A DNA stretch of 64,000 nucleotides from an uncultured Armatimonadetes bacterium (GCA_963716175.1 OY970296.1:2688001-2752000), one strand, 5' to 3'; positions 46,854 through 58,050 are shown, counted from the stretch's first letter. The notes: generated by a model not told the origin, from the sequence alone. A program made the numbers and translations.

Positions 46854-49800
46854 CTATTCGGGCCACCATACCATATCCCTTGGCCGCTGATGGAATCCCA
46901 CCGACGCCAACAGCGGTCCTGCTGCACTCTCGAACACGGGCGCGCCGTTCCAATGGGTGACGCGGAAGCGCCTCGGCAGGCCCGGCGCGCGCCTGGCAGT
47001 CACCTCCGCCACCAGTGCCCCGAGGGCGCGCGCAAGGAGTCCCTCCTCGGCGCCCTGCGCGGTGGTGATGCGGCTGCCCTCCGCCACCAGGCACGGCCGT
47101 CCCCGCTCCAGCACATAGTAGGAGGATGGCTGGCGGCCGGTGGTAGCCCAGGCCCCCAGCCTGGCCTTCAACTCGGGCCCGAAGGTGTTCGCGGGGTCAT
47201 AGGCGCTGAGCACGACCAGGGCACCCTCGTCGCGCGCCTCCTTCCATTCCCGCAGCGCCTCCACCGCCTCGGGCAGGGCGAACTGCGCCCCCGGCAGGGC
47301 GTCCACGAAGTATCCTCTCCGCACCTCTCCCCGCAGCTCCATGCGCTGCAGCCATTGGTGGAGATCAGTCCAGGCCCAGGGGCAGTCCTCTCGTGCCAGG
47401 CAGATGCGAGTGAGAACCCCATAGCGCAGCAGCAAGAGGCGCGCCCAGGCCTGGATCTGCTCCTCGCGCTCCGCCGGCCGGCCCCAGGCCCCCAGCCCAC
47501 GCACCAGGCTCCAGCGTCCCTCCAATGATCTGGTGGCGCGCAGCCGCGCCTTCACCTGTCGCTTCGCCTCCCGCATCTGAGCCGCGGTGGGCCGGCGCCC
47601 GATCGACGGTGGGATGTTCGCCCCCGAGACGAGTTCGGCGGGGGCCTCGGGGCCTGCCCTGAGCGAATGCGAAGGGAGCCGATGCTTCAGCAGGTTGCGC
47701 AACGCCTCGAAGCTGTCATTGGTGACCAGGCCCGCGCCGGCCAGCTCCTCCAGCCCTTGGTGCAGTTGGGCCGGAGTCTGGCCCAGGGCGCGCTCCATAT
47801 CCGGCCGGAAGCAGGCGCCCTCTTCCTCTAGCAAGGCCGCGATCTGCTGGCCGATAGGAGACAGTTGGAGGGCGGACATGCCCATGCCCGCCGCCTCGCT
47901 AGGGCCCCACAGTCTGCCGCCTTCCCCGCGCCAGAGAAAGGCGGCGCGGGTCCGCGCAGGCTGATCCGAGGGAGCTCGGCCGACCCACATCACCTCTCCA
48001 GTCTCGCACAACGCATCCAGCAGCTCAGGGCCATAGTCCTCCACGCGCGTGGGCAGCACTTCGCGCTCCCACAGGTCGGCGGGCAGCCACAAGGCCCGCA
48101 GTTGCTCCAGCACCTGCCTCAGGCCGGATTCGCCCCGCGGCGGTGGCGGGGGTGCCGGTGTTGCCAGCGCAGCAGAAAATCGGCATACGAGAACAGGGAG
48201 ACGGGCTCGACCTGGCGGCGCAGCACGGCCAGGCTGCGGCGATGCAGCTCGCCCAGGTTCTGCCGGTCGCACCACTGGGTCTCAGTGACACCCTTGGTGA
48301 ACCGTCCCGCGGCCACCTCCCGTGCGCGCACCAGGCGCTCCAGCTCTCGCGACAGCCAGCTTTCATCGAGGGCGTACCGCGCCCGAATCTCCGACATGGT
48401 CACCGGGCCGTGGTTGCGCAGGAACCGCCGCAGGATCTGGGTGCGAGCAGACTCACTGGAGGCCGATGGCGCACCTTCCGCCGGCGCGAATGCGGCGCGA
48501 TAGGCGGGAACGAGCTCTGCTGCGATCCAACGGCGCACCGCCTGTGGGAGCCTCGTCCCCGAGGCGACTATGGCGGGCAGCTCGACTTCGATGACCCGCC
48601 GCTGCCGCGCCAGCTCTGCCATCCACTCTTCCGCCTTATCTCCCGCCCGCTCCCGGATCTCGTGAGCGGACAGGTCGCCCAGGGCCGCGAGCAACTGGGC
48701 CAGCTCCTCCGCGGATCGAGCGCGAAGGCCGGGCGCGGTGTGCTGCAGTCTGGCCTCCAGCTCATCCTGCGCCTCCGGCCGCAGCAGCTCGGACAGGCCG
48801 GCTGGCTGCTCCAGCACCTCCTCCAGCATTTCCTGGCTGAGGGCCAGGGCCTGCAGTTGTCTCTCTGCTTTCGGCGCGTCCCAGGAGTACATGTAGGTGC
48901 TGACGAAATCGGCCAGCAGCCCCCGCGCCAGCGGAGATGGCACCATGGTCTCAGCCCGCACCACCCGGATCCGTCCCTGCTGGATCTGTTCGAGTACTTG
49001 CTCCAGGTGCTCCAGGTCGAAGACGTCGCGCAGGCAATCGCGGATGGTCTCGGCCACGATGGGGAAGTCCTCCAGCCCGCGGGCGATGGCCAGCAAGTCG
49101 CGCGCGCGGAGCCGCTGCAGCCAGAAGGGCGTGCGTCGCCTCCCGGCCAGCCCGGGCAGCAGCAGGGCGCGGGCGGCGTTCTGGCGGAACTGGGCGCCGA
49201 AGGCGGCGGAGTTGGGCAGCTCCTCTAGAATGCGCTGCCGCGCCTCCGCTGACGACATGCGCTCCAGCAGATCCAGCGGGGGATCGGCCTCCGCCTCCGG
49301 GAAGCGGAGCAGGATGCCATCATCATCGGCCTTGCACTCCACCTCCAGGCCCCGCTCGGCACGCAGCGCGCTCGCCAGCGCCAGTCCCCAGGCGCCATTC
49401 ACCCGCCCCCCGAAGGGGGAATGAACCGCCAGCCGCGGATCCCCGATGGCGTCGTGGAACAGCTCCAGGATCACGGTCTGGTCGGAGGAGATCGCGCCCA
49501 GGGCCTCCACCTGGCTGCGCACATAGCTAAGGAGGGTGCGGGCCGAATCCCCGTCCAGCGCGTGCTCTCGCTGCAGCCAGGCGAGCGCTTCCCGATCGCC
49601 GAGACGCGCTGCCACCTGGCGACGGAAGCGCCCCAGGGCTTGTCCCACCTCGAAGCTGCGCCAGGGGTACTCACCCCGCCAGAAGGGAAGCCGCGGCAGA
49701 GCGGAGGCGGCATCGCTCACGATCACCCGATCTTCTGTGATCCTCTGCGCCCGCCAGGTGTGCGTGCCGAGGGTGAAGACATCGCCCTCCCGGGCCTCGA

Positions 49801-51442
49801 ACACGAACTCTTCGTCCAACTCCCCGATCTTGGTGCTGCCGTCGGCCAGGTACACGCCGAAGGCGCCCCGGTCCGGGATAGTGCCGCCGCTGGTGACCGC
49901 AAGGCGGCGGCTTCCCGGAAGTGCGACCAGCCGGTCATTCACCCGGTCCCACCCGATACGGGCCCGGAGCTGGCGGAACAGCTCAGCCGGATAGCGCCCG
50001 GCCAGCATCTCCAGCGCCGATGCGAATAGCCGCCAGGACAGCTCCTGGTAAGGATAGGCCTGACGGAACAGGTCCCACAGCGCGGGGGCCTGCCAGCTCT
50101 CCCCGGCCACTGCCGCTACGATCTGCTGCGCGAGCACGTCCAGGCAGAGGCGGGGCGTGCGGATGGGCTCGACTTCCCCGTGCCGCATGCCACGGGCGAT
50201 CACGGCCGCCTCCATCAGGTCCTCCTGGAAGGTGGCGAAAATGCGGCCCACGCTGGTCTCGCCGACGAGATGGCCGGAGCGCCCCACGCGCTGAAGGCCC
50301 TGGGTGACGCCCTTGGGTGATTGCAGTTGCACCACTAGGTCCACGGAGCCAATGTCTATGCCCAGCTCCAGGGAGCTGGTGGCCACCAGGGCTGGCAGCC
50401 GGCCCTCCTTCAGGGCCTGCTCGAGGTCGCGGCGCACCTCACGGGACATGCTGCCGTGGTAGGCGCGGATGACGCCGGGGCCGAAGCGCTCGTTCAGCCG
50501 CTCGGCGAAACGCTCCGCCAGGCGGCGGCTGTTGGCGAAGATGAGAGTGGTGCGGTGGGCGCGGATCAAATCCACCACCCGATCCACCACCGCGGGCCAG
50601 ATGGAATCGTCCGGCAAGGGGGCGAAGTCAGGGACGGCGGTGATGACTTGCAGGTCCAGCGGCTTATGGCGGCCTGCGTCTACGATCGTGACCGGCCGGG
50701 GCTGGAGCCGCCGCGCCTCCCCCTCTCCCACCCAGGCCTGGCCGCCCAGGAAGCGAGCGATCTCCTCCAGGGGCCGCTGGGTGGCGGAGAGACCGATGCG
50801 CTGCACCGGGCCCCCGGCGACGTGGTCTAGCCGCTCCAGGCTGAGCGCGAGATGGACGCCGCGCTTATTGCCGGCCAGGCTGTGAATCTCGTCCACAATC
50901 AGCGTTCGCACATCGGCGAAGAGTCGCGGCGCGTGCGAGCTGGTGAGCATCAGGTACAGCGACTCGGGCGTGGTGATGAGCAGGTGCGGTGGCTTGCGCG
51001 CCATGGCCGCGCGGGCCGAGTTGGGGGTATCGCCGGTGCGCACCGCGGTGCGGAGAGCGGGCAGCTCTTCTCCCAGTTGGGCCGCCGCCGACCTCACCCC
51101 GGCCAGCGGCTCTCGCAGGTTGCGCTCGATGTCGTTGTTGAGGGCCTTCAGGGGAGACACGTAGAGCAGCCGCACACCGCCGGCGCCGCTGCTCTCCCTT
51201 GCTACTCTGCGAAGTAGCGAACCTCCTTCGCTACGAAGCACGAGCAGTTCCCGGTAGAGCGAGTCAATGCCCCAGAGGAAAGCGGCCAGGGTCTTGCCCG
51301 AGCCGGTGGGGGCGTGCAGGAGCGCGTGCTCACCCGCGATGATGGGTGGCCAGCCCAGGGCCTGGACCGGTGTGGGCCGGCCGAAGCGCTGACTGAACCA
51401 GGCCTGCACCCAGGGCGCGAAAGCGCCCAGTTCGACGGACAT
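46854..51442 (-). CDS. lhr: Lhr-family ATP-dependent DNA helicase; apparent 1-bp frameshift near 48135
   Basis: PTGSGKT, YVSPLKAL, TTPESL, DEIH, GLSAT, TSSLELGID, QRVGRSGH; C-terminal RYGV...GEVRRGYFV...GAQFA in ORF 46854..48275. One more G in a GGGG run joins them. Confidence 0.9.
51202..51245. repeat. 44-bp palindromic element (family A), in frame inside lhr
   Basis: 41/44 identical to the reverse complement of 20905..20948; encodes LVLRSEGGSLLRRVA between helicase motifs I and Ia. Confidence 0.85.
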
Positions 51443-51462
51443 CTGCGCTCCTTACCATCCCG

Positions 51463-51496
51463 TGCATGAGATAGTAGACGATTTGCGTGAGATAGT
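51463..51496. promoter_or_regulatory. Direct repeat TGCRTGAGATAGT x2 at 21-bp period in the lhr/MEMO divergent promoter
   Basis: 51463..51475 and 51484..51496, 12/13 identical. Confidence 0.5.
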
Positions 51497-51588
51497 GAAT
51501 GGCCTGAGGTGCAGCCAACAGCCGCGCGTGCTGTGGAGGGCCGAGGGAATCCCAGCCTCGGCGGCGTATACGGGAGGCCGGTTGCTCC

Positions 51589-52812
51589 ATGCCAGACGAT
51601 CGGCCCAAGGTCAGACCTCTCGACATCATCCCGGTGCAGGCGCGGGGGCAGCAGGCGTTCCTGCTGCGCGACCCCCAGCGTCTGAGCCCGCGGGAGATCG
51701 TGGTTCCCGCAGACGTGGTCTTCCTACTGAGCCAGTTCGACGGCACCCGCACCGTCCGCGAGGCCCAGGTAAGCTACGTCCGCCGGTTTGGCACTCTGCT
51801 CACCAGCGACAGGATCGAAGGATTGCTGCGCCAGCTCGATGAGGTGCTCTTCCTGGAGAGCGAACGGTTCCGGGAGTTTCGGACCGAGTTGGAGGCCGAG
51901 TTCCGCGCTCGCCCCACGCGCCAGATGGCGCACGCCGGCCACTGCTATCCGGAAGGGGCGGCAGCCTTCATCCTCGACTGGCAGCCCCGGCTGGAGGCCG
52001 CGGTTCTGCCTGGCGACTTCGCTCTCGACCGGCGCCGGCCCGCGCTGATCGCGCCGCACTACGACATGAACGGCGCGGCCGAGTGCTATGCCTCTGCCTA
52101 CCGATTGCTAGCTGCGACTGAGCCTCCCGAGGCCATCGTCATCCTCGGTATTGCCCACAGCGGCGGCGCTTCGCCCTTCACCCTCACCCGCAAGCCCTTC
52201 GAGACGCCCTTCGGCGCATTGGAGGCCGATGGCCAGCTCATCGCGCCCCTGATCGAAGGCGCCCCCTTCGATCTCCTGTCGGACGAGTTCCTCCACCGGG
52301 ACGAGCACTCGATCGAGTTCCAGGCGGTGCTGCTTCACTTCCTGTACCGCGAGGTCGAGCCGCCCAGGATCGTTCCACTACTCTGCGGAGGCTATCATCG
52401 GCGAGATCACGAGCTCGCCAATCCGGCAGAGGTGGCGCCGGCGGCGCGGTTCCTCGACCTGCTGCGGGAGCTGATCGCCGCCGACTCACGGCGCATCGCC
52501 GTGATCGCCTCCGCCGACCTCAGCCACATCGGCGCGCGCTTCGGACAGCCGCCTCCCATCACCCAAACCCATCTCGAGCTCGCTCGCCGGCACGATACCG
52601 CGCTGCTGGAACGGGCACAAGCCGGAGACGCGGATGGCCTCTACCGAGTGCTGGCGCAGGAGCAGGATCGCTACAATGTCTGTGGCTTTCCGGCGATCTA
52701 CGCGCTGCTGCGTTTACTGCCGATAGCAGCAGGCCTGGTCCTGAACTACCGGCAATCGGTCGAGCCGCAGACGCAGTCTTGCGTGAGCTTCGCGAGTGTC
52801 GCCCTGAGATGA
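51589..52812 (+). CDS. MEMO1-family protein (AmmeMemoRadiSam system protein B), long form
   Basis: HAG.CYP, IAPH.D, ILG.AH, FETPFG, EHSIEFQ, SADLSH.G, NVCG. Confidence 0.88.
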   Translation: MPDDRPKVRPLDIIPVQARGQQAFLLRDPQRLSPREIVVPADVVFLLSQFDGTRTVREAQVSYVRRFGTLLTSDRIEGLLRQLDEVLFLESERFREFRTELEAEFRARPTRQMAHAGHCYPEGAAAFILDWQPRLEAAVLPGDFALDRRRPALIAPHYDMNGAAECYASAYRLLAATEPPEAIVILGIAHSGGASPFTLTRKPFETPFGALEADGQLIAPLIEGAPFDLLSDEFLHRDEHSIEFQAVLLHFLYREVEPPRIVPLLCGGYHRRDHELANPAEVAPAARFLDLLRELIAADSRRIAVIASADLSHIGARFGQPPPITQTHLELARRHDTALLERAQAGDADGLYRVLAQEQDRYNVCGFPAIYALLRLLPIAAGLVLNYRQSVEPQTQSCVSFASVALR

Positions 52813-53375
52813 CTCAGCGAGCGCCAAGGCATGTGCTCCTCACCGGCGCGCCCGGGTGCGGCAAGACCACGCTGGTGATGGCAGCGCTCCGGCTGCTGCG
52901 CGAGTCCGGCCGGCCAGTCTTTGGATTCTGGACAGAGGAGATCCGGCAGGCCGGGGCGCGGCAAGGCTTCGCGCTGGAGCTGGTGAGCGGAGGGCGGGAG
53001 GTGCTGGCCTCGATGCGACGCCCGGGCCCCCCGCGGGTGGGCCGCTATGGGGTGAACCTGGAAGTGATGGATCACCTGGTGGTGCCTGAGATCGAGCGGG
53101 GGCTGGCCGCAGCCCGGTCGCAGTCAGGAGTGGTCCTGGTGATGGATGAGATCGGAAAGATGGAGCTGTTCTCCGCCTCCTTTCAGCAGACCGTGGTTTC
53201 CGCCTTCGACGGCCCAGCGCGTGTGCTGGCAACCACTATGGCCAGGCCGCACCCGTTCGCCGAGATGCTGAAGCAGAGACCTGACACCAGGCTGATCACC
53301 GTGACGCGCGAGAATCGTGATAGGTTGGTGGCGCAGATCGGAGAGATGCTGCTGGGCCGCGCGAACGGGGCCTAG
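52809..53375 (+). CDS. THEP1/NTPase_1 family nucleoside triphosphatase
   Basis: TGAPGCGKTT, GFWTEEIR..G.R.GF, RVGRYGV, MDEIGKME; ATGA-coupled. Confidence 0.9.
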   Translation: MTQRAPRHVLLTGAPGCGKTTLVMAALRLLRESGRPVFGFWTEEIRQAGARQGFALELVSGGREVLASMRRPGPPRVGRYGVNLEVMDHLVVPEIERGLAAARSQSGVVLVMDEIGKMELFSASFQQTVVSAFDGPARVLATTMARPHPFAEMLKQRPDTRLITVTRENRDRLVAQIGEMLLGRANGA

Positions 53376-53662
53376 GCGGGTCCTGCCCGGCTCTCGCGGG
53401 TGGCCGCGAGCAGATCCAGCGCGAGGAAGAGGGAGGCGCCGAGCTGGCCGGCGCAGGCGATTCCGGCCTGAGCCGGTCCGATGCCAAGCAGATCCTCTCC
53501 GCGCAGAGCCAGCCACAACGCCGCGCAGAAGAACGTCGTTGCCAGCAGCGAGATAGCCAGGGCGATGGCGCGGAAACGCAGGCCTCTGCGCAGGCAGGCT
53601 TGCACATAGGGCGGCCAGTTGCCGGCGGGCAAGCGGTGCTTCCGCTTCCGGGGATCCCTCAT
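53372..53662 (-). CDS. Small two-TM hypothetical protein
   Basis: 96 aa with two hydrophobic segments, directly after the preceding minus-strand gene. Confidence 0.5.
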   Translation of the reverse strand: MRDPRKRKHRLPAGNWPPYVQACLRRGLRFRAIALAISLLATTFFCAALWLALRGEDLLGIGPAQAGIACAGQLGASLFLALDLLAATRESRAGPA

Positions 53663-53690
53663 CGTCGGCGCCACAGGCTCCCGGCCTGTG

Positions 53691-54509
53691 CTAGCTGGCC
53701 GCCAGCTCCCGCACGTACTGCGCGTTCTCCGCCACCTGATCGCGATACTTCGGGAACATCCCCACCACCACCCCGTCGCTGGGCTTAATGCTTCTGAAGG
53801 CGTAGGCAAAGGCCTCCCTGGTCGCCTCGGGGGAGGTGGCGTTGCGGGTGGCGGCCAGAATCTTGAACCCGAGGCACGGCTTCTTGGTCTGCCGGATCAC
53901 CGCGGTCATGGCGTCCGGGTCGCCCGCATGATAGCGGTCCCGGGCGTAGGCATCTTGCTCCGCCGCGGGCGCGGACTTGTACCCGCGGGCGAGGTTGTAG
54001 AAGCAGGTCATGTAGAAATCTGTCTCCCAGCCCTTCTCTTCCGCGTACTCCACCACTTGCGGGATGTGAGTGCCGATGCCGGCCGGGAGGCCGTGGTCCT
54101 GGATCGCCTTCAGGAAGTCTCTCACCTGGTCAATCTTCCCCTCGTGCCAGGAATTGTCCACGTGCGTACCGTGGTGGTAGATGGCGACGGCCCCAAAGGA
54201 GGCGATCTGGTCAATATTGTGGTAGATGTCCCGGAACTCCGAGGCGGTCTGCGCGATCCACTGCATCTTTCCGCCGTTCTCGCGGTGCTCCAGATACATC
54301 CGCATCTGGTGGCGATCCCCTCGCGACTGAACCGTGTTGATCCCATGTTCCCAGCAACTGTCCAGCAGTTGCTGTAGGCGGGGCATGGTGTAGTAGGTGG
54401 TCATGTCCCAGTCCATCTCTCCGCTCACGTGCGAGATGCCGCTCAGCGGATTGCCGCCGCAGATCAGGCGCGTGACCTGCTTGTCTCCGATCTGGATTGT
54501 GGGTAGCAT
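53691..54509 (-). CDS. Aldo/keto-reductase-like TIM-barrel protein
   Basis: LPTI.IG...VTRLI.GGNP.SG.SH; YHHG; GIGTH.P; GFKILAA. Confidence 0.7.
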   Translation of the reverse strand: MLPTIQIGDKQVTRLICGGNPLSGISHVSGEMDWDMTTYYTMPRLQQLLDSCWEHGINTVQSRGDRHQMRMYLEHRENGGKMQWIAQTASEFRDIYHNIDQIASFGAVAIYHHGTHVDNSWHEGKIDQVRDFLKAIQDHGLPAGIGTHIPQVVEYAEEKGWETDFYMTCFYNLARGYKSAPAAEQDAYARDRYHAGDPDAMTAVIRQTKKPCLGFKILAATRNATSPEATREAFAYAFRSIKPSDGVVVGMFPKYRDQVAENAQYVRELAAS

Positions 54510-54640
54510 CACTGTCCGCCTCCGGCGAGGTTCTCGAGTGATAGGGCAGGCCCGCATCGAGCCCAGTCGAGGGCTCCTCGGCCGGCCCACTGGTTTCATA
54601 TTCGTTTCCGGTTCTGGTTGTCCTGCCCACGGAGAGCAGG

Positions 54641-55731
54641 CTAGGAGAACCCCTCCATGCTGGTCCTCAACTCCTGCGCGCGCCCAGTCTGGGCGGCGCG
54701 ATAACCGGATTCGATGATGTCTACCACGTGGCGGGCGTGCTGGGCGGTCGCAATCGAAGGCACGCCCTCGCGGACCCAGTCAACGAGCTGCATCATGTCC
54801 TCGAACACGTGCGATTCCTGGATTTCCGTGTGCACTCCCACCACATGCGGCTGGTGATCTCCCTCCTGCCGCATGTCCTCGCCGTTCACCTCCGCGCCGA
54901 TGACCGCGCCCTCGGTCCCGAAGATGCTGGGATGAAAGCCCCGCGTGACGGAGCCCGATACGGTGCCATAGATCACCGCGAACAGTGACTCCCCGAACTC
55001 AGCCGAGATGAACGTGCTGTCGTCCATATCGCACTCGATTGTGCCTCCCCGGAAAGGTCGCTGGGGCAGCACCAATCCCGAGGCCGCGTGCACCCGCTTC
55101 GCCGGGCCCAGCAGGCCGGTCAGGTTATGGAGGCTGTACACCGTGACATCGTAGAGCGGCCCGCCGCCGGGCCTCCTGAAGTACCAGGTGGGGTCAATGT
55201 TGGTGAGGACATCGTCCCCGGTCCGGAACTCCTCCTCTAGGTGGTAGTCTCCCACGGCGGTGCCCGCCATCGCCCACACCAGCCGGCCCAGGGCCCCCTC
55301 GCGGATCCGCTCTCGGATGCGCTGGTTGTAGGGGTGGAGCATCATGCCGGGAGAGGCCACCAGTCGCACCCTTTTCTCTGCCGCCCCGCGATGAGGTGGT
55401 CGCACTCCGCCACCGTGGTCGCCATGGTCTTGTTGAAATGCACGTGCTTGCCGGCCTCGATCGCGGCCAGGCCCTGCTCGTAGTGCAGCCCGATGGGAGA
55501 GCCGATGGTTACTGCATCCACCTCCGGGTCGGCCAGCAAGGCCTCGAAGTCCTGGTGCCATCGCGCTACGCCGAACTTGCGCGCGGCCGCCTCGGCCCGG
55601 CCGGGGAATGCGTCGCAGACTGCCGCCACTCTCACCCTATCCTGCACGTCGGGCTGCGTGAGGTGGCTGAGCGCTCCCCGCATGCCGATGGCGCCGGTTC
55701 CTACGATCCCGATCCCAACTGGCTTGGTCAT
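54641..55731 (-). CDS. Gfo/Idh/MocA family oxidoreductase; apparent 1-bp frameshift near 55386
   Basis: GIVGTGAIG and HVHFNKTMA in ORF 55342..55839; GGGPLYD..VYSL in ORF 54641..55561. Joined by one G in a GGGG run. Confidence 0.85.
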
Positions 55732-56633
55732 GATCTCACTCCCGTTCCCTCCCTCCAGGAGGTGTGATGTCGCCAGCCCACAGTCTCGCGGAGCCTGCGG
55801 TTGGAGAACAGGCTGGCATGGCCTGGCATCTCTGCGCACAACGGCAGCAGCTCGGGCTTGAACCTCGCGATCAGCTCGCGGGTTGGCTCCAACGCGCTGG
55901 TGTCATCACCATTGCAGAAGTAAACCCCGTGGGGCTCGATCTCGGTTGCCTTCTCCATCAGCAACCTGTGGGCGGAGGCCAGGTCCTCAGCGCCAACCCA
56001 GGCCCACAGCCAATCGCTCCACGCATCGGTCGGCTTGGCGCTGCGCGCCATCTCGGTGCGATGCGCTGGATCACAGATTCCGGCGGACCGCAGGGCATAG
56101 GTTCTCATGCCATAGGCCCGGGTGTAGCTTGCCAGCAGCTCCTCGCCGACCAGCTTGCTGTAGGAGTAGGAGTCGTGGACATCGGAGCGGTGAGCTTCAT
56201 CCACCGGGAGATACTGAAACGGGAAGGCGGAACCGCGCAGGCGAAAGCCGTGGCCCAAGGCGCAATTGCTACCAGTCATCACAAACAGGCCGATCTCTCT
56301 GGCGAGGGCAGCTTGGAGCAGGTAGTAGGTGCCCATGACGTTGGTCCGCATGGTCTCATCGAACGCGGGGCCCCTCTGCGAGGCCCGCTCGCGGATCCCG
56401 GGATGGTCTGTCGGATAGGGGGTGGCGGCCAGATGCTGAATGGCCTCGATGCCGCCTGCCGTCGCCCGCAGGCAGTCGTCGAAGCTGGTGATGTCCCCCT
56501 TCACCCAGGGCCAGTGATCGGCGCCGGAGGGCCGAGACCGAGACGTCAGCACCAGATCGTGGCCGGCGGACTCAAGCTCCGCCACCACGAACCCTCCCAG
56601 AAGGCCACTCGCCCCGGTGACCAAGACCTTCAT
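55728..56633 (-). CDS. NAD-dependent epimerase/dehydratase (extended SDR)
   Basis: VTGASGLLG, GDIT, TNV.GT, YSYSK. Confidence 0.9.
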   Translation of the reverse strand: MKVLVTGASGLLGGFVVAELESAGHDLVLTSRSRPSGADHWPWVKGDITSFDDCLRATAGGIEAIQHLAATPYPTDHPGIRERASQRGPAFDETMRTNVMGTYYLLQAALAREIGLFVMTGSNCALGHGFRLRGSAFPFQYLPVDEAHRSDVHDSYSYSKLVGEELLASYTRAYGMRTYALRSAGICDPAHRTEMARSAKPTDAWSDWLWAWVGAEDLASAHRLLMEKATEIEPHGVYFCNGDDTSALEPTRELIARFKPELLPLCAEMPGHASLFSNRRLRETVGWRHHTSWREGTGVRS

Positions 56634-56714
56634 CGCCATCCTCCGTTCGCTATCTCGCAGTGCGCAGGCGGAATGCTTCCACCAACTCCGCGGGCTCTCC
56701 TCGGTGCGGCGGTG

Positions 56715-56767
56715 CTGTAGGGCGGGCATGCCTACGCCCGCCGGGGCAGGTCGCAGGCCTGCTCTAC
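56715..56767. repeat. Convergent GTAG REP-like doublet, supplying the degT stop codon
   Basis: CTGTAGGGCGGGCATG...GCCCGCC then GGGCAGG...CCTGCTCTAC; CTA 56764-56766 is the TAG of the aminotransferase. Confidence 0.8.
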
Positions 56768-57996
56768 TGCGCCTTCTTCACCCGCTCCACCGCCTCCAGG
56801 ACTGAGGCGGCAATGTACTCGTTGTCTCCCTCGGGCATGTAGGGGTGTATGGGCACGCAGAAGGTGCGGGACATGACCTCCTCGGAAACTGGAAGCTCTT
56901 GCCCGGGGTTGAGCGTATCGTAGAAGCGGGATTTGTGCAGGGGCTGCCCACCACCCGAGCATTCCACCTTGTACTCCTCTCTGAGCAAGGACCTGAGGCG
57001 GGCCATTCTTTCGCCCGCCCAGCCGCGCGCGGCCTGGATGGGGTAGAGGTAGTAGGTGTGGAAGTAGCCCGGCGGCTCGTAGGGCGGGGTGAGGTCCTCG
57101 CACCCCGCCAGCATCTGCTCGCGGGCCTGGGCGACCTTCCGCCGGCGGGCGATGAAGTCATCGAGCCGGCCCAACTGCACCAGGCCGACGGCGGCCTGCA
57201 CCTTGGTCATCTTGTAGTTGGAGCCCCAGCCGATCCCCTTGAGGTGGACATCGCCCGGGATGGTGTTCCATCCGAACTGCCGTATCCCCCCAAGGCGAGG
57301 CACGATCTCGCCATCGTCAGTGGTGATGGCGCCGCCTTCGCCCAGAGTGGTCATGTTCTTCTGGGTGTGGAAGCTGAAGACGGTCATCCAGCCCTTCTTC
57401 CCGATCTTCGTATCCCGGTCGCCTCCCCCGCAGGCGCGGGCGGCATCCCCGATCACCTTCAGGGGGCCATGCTTCTGATGGGGGTAGCGCCGGGCCAGCT
57501 CCAGCAGCTCGTCCATGGGGGCGGAGAGGCCGAAGTTGTGGACGGGGAAGATGGCGCGAGTGCGAGGCGTGATCTGCTTCTCCACGTCATTCGGGTCGGC
57601 ATTGAGGGTCTTGGGGTCAACCTCGCACCACACCACCTTGCCGCCTGCGCCATAGACGGCATTGGGCGCGGCGCGGAAGTTGACCGCGGGCACGATCACT
57701 TCATCTCCCGGCTCCAGGTCCAGCAGCATCATGGCCATGTCTAGGCCGGTGCCCGCGCCATTTACCGCCAGGCAGTGGCTCGTGCCAACGTATGCGGCGA
57801 ACGCCTGCTCGAGCTGGTCCAGTTCTTCGCACTCGAAGCCGAAGCCTATGGTGGGGTCCATGGAACCGCGAATGGCGCGGACCGCGGCCTCCACTTCCTC
57901 TTCGCCGTAGTAGCCTCCCAGCAGACACTCCGTCTGCCAGGGCTTAGAAGGCCTTCCTCGCTTGAGCGCTTCTTTGCGCTGCTTGGGGTCGATCAT
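56764..57996 (-). CDS. DegT/DnrJ/EryC1/StrS PLP-dependent sugar aminotransferase
   Basis: LEPGDEVIVP, TRAIFPVH..G, DAA.A.G, FSFHTQKNMTTLGEGG, G.NYKM. Confidence 0.93.
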   Translation of the reverse strand: MIDPKQRKEALKRGRPSKPWQTECLLGGYYGEEEVEAAVRAIRGSMDPTIGFGFECEELDQLEQAFAAYVGTSHCLAVNGAGTGLDMAMMLLDLEPGDEVIVPAVNFRAAPNAVYGAGGKVVWCEVDPKTLNADPNDVEKQITPRTRAIFPVHNFGLSAPMDELLELARRYPHQKHGPLKVIGDAARACGGGDRDTKIGKKGWMTVFSFHTQKNMTTLGEGGAITTDDGEIVPRLGGIRQFGWNTIPGDVHLKGIGWGSNYKMTKVQAAVGLVQLGRLDDFIARRRKVAQAREQMLAGCEDLTPPYEPPGYFHTYYLYPIQAARGWAGERMARLRSLLREEYKVECSGGGQPLHKSRFYDTLNPGQELPVSEEVMSRTFCVPIHPYMPEGDNEYIAASVLEAVERVKKAQ

Positions 57997-58050
57997 GGTC
58001 GTGAGATCCTCCTACTGAAGTAAGTGTGGATGGTCTCGATTCGGGAGTGG

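Noticed and set aside
46838-46930. preQ1 or other riboswitch ahead of the QueT-like gene
   Set aside because: Only 16 bp separate it from the lhr stop, and no riboswitch motif is visible.
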